Part shown: positions 63,692 to 64,000 of the stretch, piece after piece
Layout of the letters: each line of letters begins with the position of its first letter
Position numbering within the stretch: position 1 is the stretch's first letter
NCBI GenBank assembly: GCA_045632285.1
Contig: JAZQWJ010000002.1
Coordinates: 5,155 to 69,154, forward strand
Direction: 5' to 3'
Length of the DNA stretch: 64,000 nucleotides
Origin: Eubacteriales bacterium
Lineage (GTDB): Bacteria > Bacillota > Clostridia > Oscillospirales > CAG-272
Notes under the pieces: model-generated
Databases searched by the model: none
Seen by the model: the letters and a program-made list of their open reading frames with translations, nothing else
Told to the model about the DNA's origin: nothing
Position numbers and translations under genes: made by a program

Positions 63692-64000
63692 ATGAAGCAC
63701 GACCTGATGTGGACCTATTACATTCGTATCAGTCAGCACATTGTTGACGATCCTACAACCAAGCCCTGGGGATTGTATCTGGAGCCCGGTTGGACCGAAG
63801 AGATCGACACCGAGGAGGCCGCTTGGGATGAGATCATCCGCTTTTTGCCCTCCCAGGGCATCAACACGGTGCTCATTGACATCAATGACGGCGTACGCTT
63901 TGACAGCCATCCCGAGATCGCCGCGCCCAATGCGTGGAGCAGGGAAAAGTTAAAGCAAAAGCTGGCCGATATTCGTGCTCTTGGCATGACCCCCATTCCC
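63692..64000 (+). CDS. hypothetical protein, N-terminal part (3' end outside window); possibly TIM-barrel glycosidase-like
   Basis: My own translation: ATG 63692 after AAAGGAGGAG, 103 codons without a stop to the window end (MKHDLMWTYYIRISQHIVDD...INTVLIDINDGVRFDSHPE...); not in the ORF track because it is open-ended. Confidence 0.5.
   Translation, partial: MKHDLMWTYYIRISQHIVDDPTTKPWGLYLEPGWTEEIDTEEAAWDEIIRFLPSQGINTVLIDINDGVRFDSHPEIAAPNAWSREKLKQKLADIRALGMTPIP

Noticed and set aside
63605-63910. 101-aa minus-strand ORF at the window end
   Set aside because: It is antisense to the plus-strand CDS that starts at 63692 with a very strong RBS (AAAGGAGGAG). It has no RBS of its own.

Overview
By gene content, strong AGGAGG-type ribosome-binding sites and GC-rich coding with AT-rich spacers, this looks like a core chromosomal segment of a Clostridia-type Firmicute, possibly Oscillospiraceae/Ruminococcaceae-like. 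The taxon is an inference. I support about 57 protein genes, nearly all housekeeping or central metabolism. They include a small glycoside-hydrolase cluster with an AraC regulator, hpt plus a purine permease, and an eight-gene aromatic 2-oxoacid operon (symporter, paaK, iorA, iorB, paaK, ACT, amidohydrolase, aminotransferase). Also present are metY-metA, metG, tatD, pgk-tpiA, rbfA-nrnA, a MATE pump, queG-addB-addA, an htrA two-component module, a pseudouridine synthase, murA, yajC, rimM-trmD, ptsH, uvrC-rsmD-coaD, ispE and rplM-rpsI. I found no rRNA, tRNA, CRISPR array, transposase, integrase, phage gene or recognisable defence system, and I cannot honestly name a clear novel system here. The most system-like item is the aromatic 2-oxoacid/arylacetate operon, whose physiological direction and two extra genes are unexplained. 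Three uncharacterised gene groups are worth a second look: a degenerate prephenate-dehydratase/ACT protein coupled to a TSCPD 4-Cys protein, a Wzy_C-like membrane protein with two DUF4330-like paralogs, and an AI-2E transporter fused to a DUF4234-like module. Several non-coding structures are also notable: a heptamer-plus-hairpin array after rpsI, two long intergenic hairpins sharing a covarying core, and palindromic operator candidates on three promoters. Many long ORFs in the supplied track are antisense shadows of real genes and were rejected. All functional calls rest on motif recognition by eye; no database search was run.
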